From assembly GCA_027923505.1 (NCBI GenBank), contig BROI01000003.1, positions 124,001 through 188,000 of the forward strand: 64,000 bases of DNA. The letters are read 5' to 3'. Below, piece after piece: positions 10,653 through 20,793 of this stretch. Source of the DNA: Mayamaea pseudoterrestris (lineage: Eukaryota). The first letter of the stretch is position 1; the number at the start of each line of letters is the position of its first letter. The notes beneath the pieces were generated by a model that did not search any database, was not told the origin of the DNA, and saw only the letters and a list, made by a program, of their open reading frames with translations. A program made the position numbers and the translations under genes.

Positions 10653-12356
10653 TTACTCGATTACATCAATATCCTTTTCCGCTCGCTTTCGAATAGTATT
10701 CAGTTGACCAAGCAATGTATTCGCCTTGACAAACCATTCTCCTTTTCCCTCATCGCGCAGCTGTTTTTGCTTATTATTCGCTGTATGGTAGAGGAGCGAC
10801 TTGGAAAAGTTGGCTGGATCCAGCATAATGATCCGTTGCATGTTGCAGGCGTGGCGAACCGTACTGAGCTGCATGGCGCCGCTATACCATTCAACGTTGC
10901 GCATGTCAAGTCCGTCGTATCGATAGTGTGGCGCCTCGTACGGTCTTGAGTAGTGGTGATTCAAAGAGGGGACATTTCCGAACGTGTGAGCGACTGTGAG
11001 CGATGCTGGCATCAATATATATATACCTTATTTTACTTACGGTAAAAATCCGCCCGGACATATTTCTGTATGCCACCGCCAAAGCTGTTGCCGAGTCGCC
11101 ATCCAACCACCTTGATTGTTGATATAGCGAAACTCTTGACCACTCGGTCGAGAGCTGCCAGGATAGTAGTCATTGTTCCGATTCGTCCAGTAATCACCAA
11201 TAATGGAGGTTGCATTCAGCTTGCCTTGATTGGGACCGCGCTGCGTCACAACCCAGTTGATCCAGCTTTCGTCGGGTAGTTTGCGGACGCCGAGCGGCAT
11301 TATATTTGTCTCCCAAAGCATGAGCTTGCTACTCTCTGGCTCGGCAGGTCGATTCTGCGAAATATGATCACTAGAGACGTGGCAACATACAGAAGGATCC
11401 ACGTTTTTGGTGGTGCCGCCAAACTCCAAATCAATGGGGACTGGACCAGTTTTATTCTGGGCTCCATACTGTTCCTCATTGAGCAAGATTTCGACGCGAA
11501 TCCAACCAGGAATGGTCCTTGCAAGCTGTGACTTGGTCATGACACCATGATAATGCCTGAGCGCATCTTGATTAGAAAGGTCTGGTGCAACTGGTTCGTC
11601 CGGAGCAAGCTCGTATAATCGTTCAATCTCGTTCGTCATGGCAACGTAATGGTCCACATGCTTTGCCGTTATGAGCATATCGTCCTCGAAGCAGACAAAT
11701 ATGTCATAATCCATTAAATGATCCTTGATGACAAACCGATGCTGCCTCGACAAGTGCAGCGTCCGATTCTCCAGCTTTTTGAACGGTTCCCTGCCAGTAT
11801 CGTACCCCAGTGGAGTCGCCTCACTCCAACTATGCAAACCGACGCCAGCAGGCAGTTTGCTTTGAATGAGTGCTTGTCGCTCGGGCAGTAGCACAAAGTG
11901 GCATACCAAAAACAAATCCACATGGTAGCCAGCGTCAATCATGGTCTGAATTCCTTCCGAAACGACTGGAATGAGCGTCTCCTGCAAACGATCCGACCCT
12001 CGCACCGTGGCGCGAGTTCCAGTATTGTACTCGGCCAGTGTCGTGACAATGTATAGAATTCGTTGCTTCTTTGCATTAGCTACTGCATTCATTGTAGATA
12101 ATCTTCGTACGTGGTCTGTATGGCGCAGAGCTTTTATATTGTTTATGGAGGTGCGTTGCAGTGTGACGAAAACGGCAGCAAACATGAGCAGAAACGCCAG
12201 CAATATGCATTGCCTTTGCCATTTCAACTGCAATCTATGTTTCCAGAGTGACGTTTGATGAATGCAAAAGTCGTTCATTGGCCTTGTGCAATGATAAGTG
12301 CGCGGAAATGATGATCCAAAGGCTATCAAGGTGAGCATGAAAATCGTCATGGTCAT
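10653..12356 (-). CDS. Putative GT-A-fold glycosyltransferase, membrane anchored (2 exons)
   Basis: Exons 12356-11041 and 10944-10653, intron 10945-11040 (GTAAGT...AAG) joining ..GGFLP|PYEAP... TM segment ILLAFLLMFAAVFVTL and a YDIFVCFEDD acidic motif. Confidence 0.6.
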
Positions 12357-12595
12357 CGGTGCTGCATGGCGTCCGTCACGCTTTTGTCTGACCGGTTTTC
12401 AGTGAGCTAGGTCCGTTTCCGGCAAGAAGTTTACCCGCCAACCGAGTTCTGCGGTATATACCTACCTACCGTCTGCAGAGTTGAACAGTTGCTTTCAAGT
12501 AAAATTTATCGCTAGTTGTTCAAAACCATAAAATCCCAGCAGCAACAGCTGCTTTCAAAAATCACACTTCCCAAAATCGTTTCTCAACATTTCCA

Positions 12596-13585
12596 TTAGC
12601 TACTGATAGTAGCTCGCTGGGCCAGGCGCTCAACCCATTCATTTCCCGTCATTGGAAGAGCAGGTTTCTCCCACCCAGTTCCAATGGTCGATAGACTATC
12701 GTCAAAGCTGACCGGCTTGGACGCTGGATCGATCAAGCTTGGAACATCCGACTTGGAAGCCTTGGCTCGGCTGGACTTGTGCAACAATTTCTTGTCCAGC
12801 GACTCGTGACTGGTGCTGCGTACAACAGGCTTGGCATAGTCTCGCGAAGCGATGGATGACTTGGAGAACTCCTTGGATCGATCCTTCTTGCTCAAGTCCT
12901 TGGACGAGCTGGAGGAAGACACTGTGAAATGACCAGAATCCAGTTCGAACTTGTCACTCCGACGACGTAAATGATCGCTGCTAGTCGTGCTACGCCTCGC
13001 GGACCGTTCCGACTCGTCCCGCAAGCTATTCCTGCTTCCGCTCTTGCGAATAGACGACGACATTGAAATGGAAAAATCCTGCAGCAAGTCGGCAAGCTTG
13101 GTATCCAGCTTGGTAGCTAGTTCAAGCGGAGTGGAACCCGTCTCATCCTCCTCATGCAAGGCAGCCGGAGCTGCTCGCAGCAAGGACTTGATTATATCGC
13201 TGCTCACCTTGTTGCTCACAGCATAGTGGAGAGGAACGCGCCCATTTAAATCTTTGGACTTGGCAGCCTTTTTGACGAGGAGCGCGCTGATGATTTCCTT
13301 GCCGCAGTTGCTTAGAATGGCCACGTGGAGCGGGGTGCGTCCCTTGGCGTCGCGCTCCACCAAGGCGTCCTCGCGCACAACGCCAACGACAATGGCCATT
13401 AGATCTGCTGGGGCGTGGTGTTTCAGAAAGGTAAAGAGTATGCCTTCTCCGCCGAGTAACTCTTGGGCCATGACAGGATCTTGCATAATGACTTGGGAAA
13501 TCACACTGAATTTGCGTTGCTCCAGCATGAGGCCGAGGCCACCGTCGTTCGTTTTCTTAACGTGGCTATTGCCAAAGAGTCTCAT
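12596..13585 (-). CDS. Ankyrin-repeat protein with Ser-rich tail
   Basis: GRTPLHVA, GRVPLHYA and GSTPLELA ankyrin motifs. Confidence 0.85.
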   Translation of the reverse strand: MRLFGNSHVKKTNDGGLGLMLEQRKFSVISQVIMQDPVMAQELLGGEGILFTFLKHHAPADLMAIVVGVVREDALVERDAKGRTPLHVAILSNCGKEIISALLVKKAAKSKDLNGRVPLHYAVSNKVSSDIIKSLLRAAPAALHEEDETGSTPLELATKLDTKLADLLQDFSISMSSSIRKSGSRNSLRDESERSARRSTTSSDHLRRRSDKFELDSGHFTVSSSSSSKDLSKKDRSKEFSKSSIASRDYAKPVVRSTSHESLDKKLLHKSSRAKASKSDVPSLIDPASKPVSFDDSLSTIGTGWEKPALPMTGNEWVERLAQRATISS

Positions 13586-14378
13586 TCTGCTCGTTTTGTT
13601 GTTGGCTGTTGCGATGGTAGAGGACAGAAAGATGATCGATTCTTAAAGGGAATGGCTGGAATGCGATAGGATGAGATCGTGATATTTCGCTGCCCTTTTT
13701 CCTTCTAGCTCGACAAATAATGAGGTCGGATCTGTCTTTACGAAAGAATGGGGAGAGCAAATTGGCTGGAAGTTGTGGGATCTTGCTGTATTTTCCCTTC
13801 ACTCGATTAGTGAGTGGCTCGGACTATTGCAATCTTCTCCGCAAGAGGCAGAAGATGGGGATTGCATCCGAGACTGTGCCTCGAAACGAAGACCAAATAA
13901 TGTCAAACAGGTCATCTTAGTCGTCAAGGCAATAGTAAGCGGACATTTGATGACCAGTGTCAGCCGTTTTGACAGTCGTCAGTCGAACAAATTGCAATCT
14001 GACGACGCCAGTCGCGTCAGCTGGACGATATGTCGGGTATTTATGCCCCAAGTCGGTTTCGTCGACGAGCAAGACACAACTGCTCAGCTAATGAACCATT
14101 TCCAATAGTTATTAAGTTGCAGGGTTGACGCACAATATACCTGTAAGTCACGTACAGTCACTATAGTGAATATCAAGCTAGATGGCAAATGTACATCTTG
14201 TACTTTCCGTACTCTCTTTGAAACGACAGGAAATGGAAATCCTATCTCCGTCGCGGCTCAGCAATAATAGCTCCCAATATTTACGCGTTCCTGAAGCAAA
14301 AGAGCATTGCTGATGATGACCGTAGCGCCCATAGCTTAGAGCGCTTGAAAATTCAACAGCGTATTGCGAGTCTGTTTT

Positions 14379-15302
14379 CTATATCCATCGGGCTTCGTCA
14401 GGCGTTGTTTCTGCATCTTCCACCGGTGCACTCGCTTCCACATGCTCATCCTCTGCCTCATTTGTAATCTCCCACTCATAATTTAAATCCGTCTTTAACT
14501 TCGTCTCCTTCATATCGATCGTTGAAATATCATCCGCAGTGGCTGGATCATACTCAATCGCCACTGGAATCGGACCTGCAGCTACAACAACTTCGCACTC
14601 CTGCGACGGATCCGTGAACGGCGATCGCGCGTCATGGTCGTCGTCGTTCAAATGCATGCGCGCCTCCAATAGCATGTCGGTGATGCGGTCGTTGACGCGC
14701 TTGGCCCGCGCATAGTCGAGCGGCGTGCGGTCATAGTCGTCGGCCATGTGCGCGACGAAGCATTCGCAGTCCAGCAACATGTTGACAATCTCCATGACTT
14801 GCGCCAATGGTCCCAAATGATCACTCACAAACAGTAGATGCAGTGGACATCGAAAATCCTCGTCGCGGCAAATGCTTGGTACCATTCCGGACCGACCATT
14901 GAGTAGTTCGCGAATCACATCGGCACCGCATTGACTGTAGCATGCAACGTGTAGTGGGGTTTGTTTCCTTGCGTTCAAAGACTCATCGGGTGTAAAGTCT
15001 TGGCCCATGATAGTGTTGAGCGTCGTCCAAACTATTGAAAATAGGGAGAATGGAGGCCGACTTGCCAAGATCAAATGTAAAAAGGGTTCCTCTCTTGGAG
15101 GATTAGAGCTCATATACTTGTTGATGAAACGCTCCATGCATTCGTTAGCGTCTGGCTGCAGCTGCTCCAAGGCTTCATCGAATTTGCGTTTCTGAATGAG
15201 TTGTAGAAAGCCATCGAGTTCGTCTAATGGCTTCAAGCGAAAGACCGAGGTAATGCCCTTGAGTATTTGCGGGGGTAGCGTGAGATGGTTCGACTTGTTC
15301 AT
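14379..15302 (-). CDS. Ankyrin-repeat protein with acidic tail
   Basis: QTPLHVAC, RCPLHLL and RTPLDYA motifs; first ATG at 15302. Confidence 0.8.
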   Translation of the reverse strand: MNKSNHLTLPPQILKGITSVFRLKPLDELDGFLQLIQKRKFDEALEQLQPDANECMERFINKYMSSNPPREEPFLHLILASRPPFSLFSIVWTTLNTIMGQDFTPDESLNARKQTPLHVACYSQCGADVIRELLNGRSGMVPSICRDEDFRCPLHLLFVSDHLGPLAQVMEIVNMLLDCECFVAHMADDYDRTPLDYARAKRVNDRITDMLLEARMHLNDDDHDARSPFTDPSQECEVVVAAGPIPVAIEYDPATADDISTIDMKETKLKTDLNYEWEITNEAEDEHVEASAPVEDAETTPDEARWI

Positions 15303-15695
15303 ACTATTATACAGTATTGTAAGCGACTCTCTTTGGTCTGTCAATTGCTGTCTTCAACCCGAACAGTATAAATGCCGCCGTGCCTTCCGCTACGATGATG
15401 GTGGATTTGCCTCGTCGGTCATGGCCGAGACTCGTGGCAGTGACGCCCGAGCACTTCAACAAAAAATGATGAATACCAGCACGAATGAAAACGATCGAAT
15501 AAGTTTCTACTATGCACCATAAAGAAGACACTTTTGCACGACTGCAGTCATTGTTCTGCAAAATTATCGTTCGGAATAAATGACTCGAAAATGTCATTCG
15601 GCACTCCGACCAACTTCAGCGGCTCGCCGCGAAGCTTGACCATGAACATCCCTCCTTGACTGTCACTCCAGCGGCAGCAACAGCTACAATTGAGC

Positions 15696-16670
15696 ATGGG
15701 TCTCTTTGATCGATTTAGACTTAAGCATACGGAGAATTCCAAACATGAAATGCACAATGAGCTCTTAAAGTACATTCAGCAGCGCAAGTTTGCCCTCGTC
15801 CTCAAATTCCTCCTGGCCGATCAAGACTATGGCCGCGAAACGATTCGATCCTTTGCAAGTAGCGACCATGGAAATTTTCTTCACTTATTGCTGCGCTATC
15901 AGCCTCCGCAGGAGCTCGTGGCATTGGCGGTCCATCTCATGGTCGACTCGGACGAGCTTGTTCCGGAGGACACGCGCGACGCTTCCGGCGCCACGCCGCT
16001 CCATGTGGCGGTGCAACACAACTGCGACGCATCAATTGTGCAACTTCTCGTCGAGGGAATGGCTGGAACACTGCCGGCGGTGACAAAGGATGAAATGCTA
16101 CGATATCCATTGCACTGGGCTTGTGCGAATCCGAGTGGAAGTGTAGCGAAACTGAACAAGCAGCAGCAGCAGCATCATGCAGGAGCAAACCAAGGCGACA
16201 TGCTCAACATGCTGCGCATCATTACCATTCTAAGCAAGATTGAGCCAATGAGTGTCAATGTCAAGGACGTCAACGGTCAAACGCCACTTGACCTTGCTTT
16301 GGAGCATGGTGCCGACGAACGCATCATGCAATTGCTCCACAAAGCGTCAACAAAGGCGCGCAGTTGCGTGTATCAAGCTCACGACGAAAATGATGACGAC
16401 AATGACGAACATGACGTGACGCATCATCATCATGGATACCCTCCATCGATTCAATGCAGCCAAAGCAAGGACGACGACATTTCCAGTGTCAGCTGGCAGG
16501 AAATGGCAAAGAACGATGAGTCGGCCATTATGGAATGGGAACGAACCTTTAAGAAGGACTGCGGATTACTGGACGATGATGACGAAGAGTCTGACAATGA
16601 TGATGATGAAGACTTGAGCAGTAGTAGCGACCGCTCGGGGTGTGCCGTCAACTTGACGACGCCACCGTGA
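15696..16670 (+). CDS. Ankyrin-repeat protein with acidic tail
   Basis: GATPLHVA, RYPLHWAC and GQTPLDLA motifs; first ATG at 15696. Confidence 0.85.
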   Translation: MGLFDRFRLKHTENSKHEMHNELLKYIQQRKFALVLKFLLADQDYGRETIRSFASSDHGNFLHLLLRYQPPQELVALAVHLMVDSDELVPEDTRDASGATPLHVAVQHNCDASIVQLLVEGMAGTLPAVTKDEMLRYPLHWACANPSGSVAKLNKQQQQHHAGANQGDMLNMLRIITILSKIEPMSVNVKDVNGQTPLDLALEHGADERIMQLLHKASTKARSCVYQAHDENDDDNDEHDVTHHHHGYPPSIQCSQSKDDDISSVSWQEMAKNDESAIMEWERTFKKDCGLLDDDDEESDNDDDEDLSSSSDRSGCAVNLTTPP

Positions 16671-17141
16671 CGACACACCGTAGACACTTTCTGCGAGCAA
16701 CCTTGAGCGCGGGCACCCTCTGCCATTGAGCACGACCGCAGTAAGCTCACCAGCTCACCATGGAATGAGAATTTCTCGGAAAATAGATATTTATTAGTTG
16801 TACAATGTCATGTGAGGTAAATGGTATATGTGCGTGTGGTCCTTGTCATTCTACGTGTTCGTCAGGTGTACCAACAAACTGAATGTTCTGTGCTAGAGCT
16901 TTTAATTTGCCACCTTAATGAGTAGATACAAGGTCTTCAATAATGCATCGCTATATTTCAGTGCGTGGTATGGGGATTGGTAAAAAATTATCTTCAACAT
17001 ACGGTTGTGGAGAGTCGCCATACGACAGTGCTGCTGGAGATTTGATCAATGAGAGTCAACACCGTTGCAACACATGCTCTGGAAGTTCCCGCTTCAGCGC
17101 ATAGCTTTGAGCATTTTACCACAAAGTGCTCAAAATTACGC

Positions 17142-17747
17142 TCAAATGGACAACAAAGAGACGCCTGCAGCAAATTCCTCGTCTCCCTCCTCGACGGCTG
17201 AAAACGTGCACTTTGCCGGAACAATCAACGAGCTCGAACTTTCATCGTAATCATTGTCAAACCCAACGCTAGAAAAGCTCGCTTCCAAAGCATCCGCCGG
17301 CCTCGAAACAATTGAAAACTCGTTCGAGCTGAGCGGCGCCTGAAAGGTTTCGCTGCAAACCTTTTCCCCACCTCGACACGCTTGCTGCACCACTTCAATG
17401 CGACTAATGATGCGAGCATCGGCGCGATGTTTCTTGGCCAGCTCTAGTGGTGTTTCACCTTGCTTGTTGCGTAAATGCGCCGCCTCTGAATTGGCTTGCA
17501 ACAGTTTGGCGACAATCTCCGTCGCATTATTCATGCCCGCCAATTTCTTTAGATTTTGTTGCTTTCGAAACGCAGCAAAGTTGACGCTACATGCCGCGTG
17601 CAAGGCCGTGTTGCCAGCCTTGTCCTTGACGAGTGCCGGCATGACACCGGAAACGCCAGTCAGCAACATTTTGACAATGCGCGCGTCGCAACCATGCGAG
17701 GCAGCAACGTGGAGAGGAGTTTGAGCAGCGAATAGTCTCATGGTCAA
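17142..17747 (-). CDS. Ankyrin-repeat protein, N-terminally short relative to its neighbours
   Basis: QTPLHVAA, GNTALHAAC and GETPLELA motifs. It shares G(x)SGxMP / GMAGTLP with the neighbouring paralogues but lacks their N-terminal ~100 aa. Confidence 0.7.
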   Translation of the reverse strand: MTMRLFAAQTPLHVAASHGCDARIVKMLLTGVSGVMPALVKDKAGNTALHAACSVNFAAFRKQQNLKKLAGMNNATEIVAKLLQANSEAAHLRNKQGETPLELAKKHRADARIISRIEVVQQACRGGEKVCSETFQAPLSSNEFSIVSRPADALEASFSSVGFDNDYDESSSSLIVPAKCTFSAVEEGDEEFAAGVSLLSI

Positions 17748-18270
17748 GCATATTGTAGTTGATTGCTTCCGCCGGCTGAACGGTGTCTCGGCGTATGTTG
17801 ATCATCGTGTTGAACTTCAATTTGGTAACTCTACTATATGCAGTAAAGTACAAAAATGGTCACGCCAGAAAGACCCTAATCGGTCGTGTTGTCATTTGAC
17901 AAGACTACCGTAGAATCGGAACTCTAAAATCTGTCATGATTTTTCGACAAACGACCAAATTTCGACGTCACGACTGCCACGTACGCTTTGCAATACTACT
18001 TGCTGACGCAGTTTCGGCGTTTCATTCCGAAACCGTCATGTCGTACAAAGACTTGACGATTATTGCCCTCCATGCTCTTTTCTATAGCCCTTCGGCGACA
18101 CTACCGAACCATTTCACTTCTTTCAAACTGCCCACTGGCGAGCGGGAGGAACACGCGTGGAAGTTTTCTCCGCATCTTGCCTCCCACTCGATTAGAAGCA
18201 AGGGCGCGCCTCCCTCGTCAGTCCCAACAAGACCCTTTGGCGGAAGCCAAACAGCAAGACCATTTTCACC

Positions 18271-18945
18271 ATGGCCAAGTCTTTGACAGCTACAACGACA
18301 ACTACAACAACTAGCATGATGAGAAAACCAGCAGACATGACGACTAGTTTGGACCGATGCAAGAGCGAAAAGACGGTCGACACGACACTCATGAGTCGAG
18401 GTGAATCTCGGTCGAGCCTCTACTCGAGAAACAGCAGCAGCCGGCATTCACTCTGCGGGTCATCGGCCCGCTCACTGAGCAGCAAGTCTATAGTGGCGAC
18501 GACGAGACTTGGAAGCGAGCGGTCCCTGGCGAGTGCACCAAAGTCGGCACAGTCCGCTGCCTCTCGCAACGATAGTCATGCGGCATCCATGCGAACGGCG
18601 GCGCAACATGAAACAGCAGCAGCAACAAGTCCGGATCGACGCGTTCGCAAACTGGGGTACACGGAGGAGGAAAAGCTGCTGCTCGAGTGTCAGTCTCCGC
18701 AACGAATTGATAGCTCTTCATCAGCTAACCGAAAGCCAAGTCGGATTCGGAAAATGCTGTCATGGGTTGCCCCCAAGCCGATGAATGAAGACGACCATCT
18801 AGTATTACCACGTTGCAGTAGCAGCCGCAGCGAAAATGGCTGCTACGACCTTTTCAAGACTCCAGCAGCAGCAGCGCCTCGCCGACGAAGCGCTGTCTTT
18901 ATCAAAACCTCCAATGGCTTGTCCGAGGGAATACTCTATCGATAA
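18271..18945 (+). CDS. Ser/Thr/Arg-rich low-complexity hypothetical protein
   Basis: 224-aa ATG-started ORF with a good start context (caccATGG); no recognisable domain. Confidence 0.5.
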   Translation: MAKSLTATTTTTTTSMMRKPADMTTSLDRCKSEKTVDTTLMSRGESRSSLYSRNSSSRHSLCGSSARSLSSKSIVATTRLGSERSLASAPKSAQSAASRNDSHAASMRTAAQHETAAATSPDRRVRKLGYTEEEKLLLECQSPQRIDSSSSANRKPSRIRKMLSWVAPKPMNEDDHLVLPRCSSSRSENGCYDLFKTPAAAAPRRRSAVFIKTSNGLSEGILYR

Positions 18946-19502
18946 GCAGAGCAGGAACAATGAGGTGGCCTCTGTTTTGGGTAGCAGTGGAGGTCTTAGC
19001 AAGAGATGTTGGATCGCCCAATCTCTTGGCCGAGTGTGTACATAGTATAGCCATTAACCGAGGATCTACCGCAGATACTCATGGTTCATCTGTGTGAGCG
19101 AAAAGCTTGCCTGAAGCTTCAGTCTTTGAAGTTTTTAAATAAGAACTTATTCATTTGCGTAGTCTATGTATTTCTATTGCATAGATAACGAGTAAACGAG
19201 CACTAAGTTACAATAACGTACTTGCCCGCCAGTTTAGGGAGAGGGCGCATCCGACCTCTCCAAATCGGCGTGGGAGTCTCACTGCTTTGGTACGATCGCT
19301 TGGATACGATGGCTAGTATGAGAGTATCCTCTTTGGCAACAATCTATTGAATCGTTTACGCTACGAAGCTTGCTACTATAAAGACATTCAAAAGAGTGAA
19401 AGATAAACGAGGCTATCAAGGCGAAAGCCATTGTTATCTTAATCTACATGAAAGTTTCCAAGTCGGCGAAAAAGGCCGCTCAGAGTGCCGGGATCGAGCA
19501 GT

Positions 19503-19922
19503 TTACTCGTCGTCGTCGTCATCATCATCTTCCGTCGACATGTCAATCAAGTCTGCCGCCGAAAACATGCAGTCGCAGGAGAGCGACTCGCCCATTTGAT
19601 GAAAAAACTTGCGGGCGGCCGTGATTTCCGGAGTGCTCTGCGAGTGGCTCTTTGGAGCGGCAGGAACCATCGACTTGCTGTTGCTGCTGCCATTGCTATT
19701 TTGATATTGCAGACGCTGCAGACGCTGCTTGTTGAACATGCCATTCTCCAGCTGGACGAGCATGTTGATGAGTACTTCGTCCTCCAAATCCATGGCCGAA
19801 ACGTCCGAGTCCGAGCTCGTGCTTTCGTTGAGCTGGCTGCAATCGCTGCCCATGTCCAACTCGAGGAGCGACGCGGAGCTGCTTTGCTGGTCCTTGTTGC
19901 CAAGCAATGAGACGGAAATCAT
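19503..19922 (-). CDS. Small Ser/Asp-rich hypothetical protein
   Basis: ATG at 19922 (accATG), about 139 aa, poly-Asp C-terminus; lies downstream of repeat copy A. Confidence 0.45.
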   Translation of the reverse strand: MISVSLLGNKDQQSSSASLLELDMGSDCSQLNESTSSDSDVSAMDLEDEVLINMLVQLENGMFNKQRLQRLQYQNSNGSSNSKSMVPAAPKSHSQSTPEITAARKFFHQMGESLSCDCMFSAADLIDMSTEDDDDDDDE

Positions 19923-20106
19923 GGTAGTAGAGTAGAGGGGGGTGATGGCAATGATGGTGCAACGGTGCAATAATCGTCGAGCAAGCAGGTGCGCGCCGCC
20001 GTGAGAGACCGAGATGCCAAAGCACCGATGCGTTCAATTGTGGCGACAGACACACTTGCCGGGCCGCAAAGGATTGAAAGGCTTTTGTTGTTGGTTTTGG
20101 ACGAGC

Positions 20107-20582
20107 CAAACACTTCCAAAATCGTGCCATCCGATGCGGTCTGGGTTGAAGCAAAGGAAATAGCAAGACCAATTTATTATTGCCTTGATGCGAGTGATGC
20201 ATCTATTTATGCCACTGGCACGACTGAATGACATGTTTTGAATTGCCTTGGATGACTCTTAAATGACTTGTGAGCATTCGGTGCAAGCACAATGTACACT
20301 ATGCCTGATACTCGATTCAAATTGACGAACGACAGTTTGCCGCTGTCTCAGACGAGCCAAACGCGTCAATCCTCAAAAGATCGCCAAAGCCAAAGGGTCA
20401 ATTGATCCTTGGAGCGTGCAATGACCAATCGTCGGCGCCTCCCGCTTTGTTGGCCAATGCCATGATGATACGTTACATTGTCAACCTCAGTCGGAGTTGC
20501 TAAGGAAATGGGACGCAGATGCCTACCATAGGCTTTGGAAAGCAAGAAAGGAAGCACAACACGCTACTGCACTACTCGCGAG
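20107..20582. repeat. Direct repeat copy A (host upstream/promoter-like sequence; not an LTR)
   Basis: Aligns by eye with 24917-25418. The first 70 nt and block 20342-20402 are identical; the rest has substitutions and indels. There are no TG..CA ends. Confidence 0.9.
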
Positions 20583-20793
20583 TGTTGGATCTAGAATATA
20601 TCTTGCGCGCCCTTGAAGCAAAACTAATGATTAAGCAGAACAGAGTCAATAAAACCACTTTACTTATTTTCTCCAAGAAGTGATCGTCCTCGATCCACTC
20701 CTTCGGTTGCCGCTTACCGCGCTTACTTAAACGTGACCGTCTTCGTGACGTCACCGCTGCCGCTTCGGTTTGGGTTCTCATCCGTGCTCAACA
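20583..20793 (-). repeat. 3' LTR of the copia element (211 bp)
   Basis: On the minus strand it begins TGTTGAGCACGG immediately after the purine tract and ends GATCCAACA (5-bp inverted termini TGTTG/CAACA). The pol stop at 20723 lies inside it. Confidence 0.85.

Noticed and set aside
19696..20202. 168-aa minus ORF sharing its N-terminus with the copia ORF
   Set aside because: The shared N-terminus simply reflects the DNA repeat. The rest overlaps the more protein-like 19503-19922 ORF out of frame, so it is at most a uORF.
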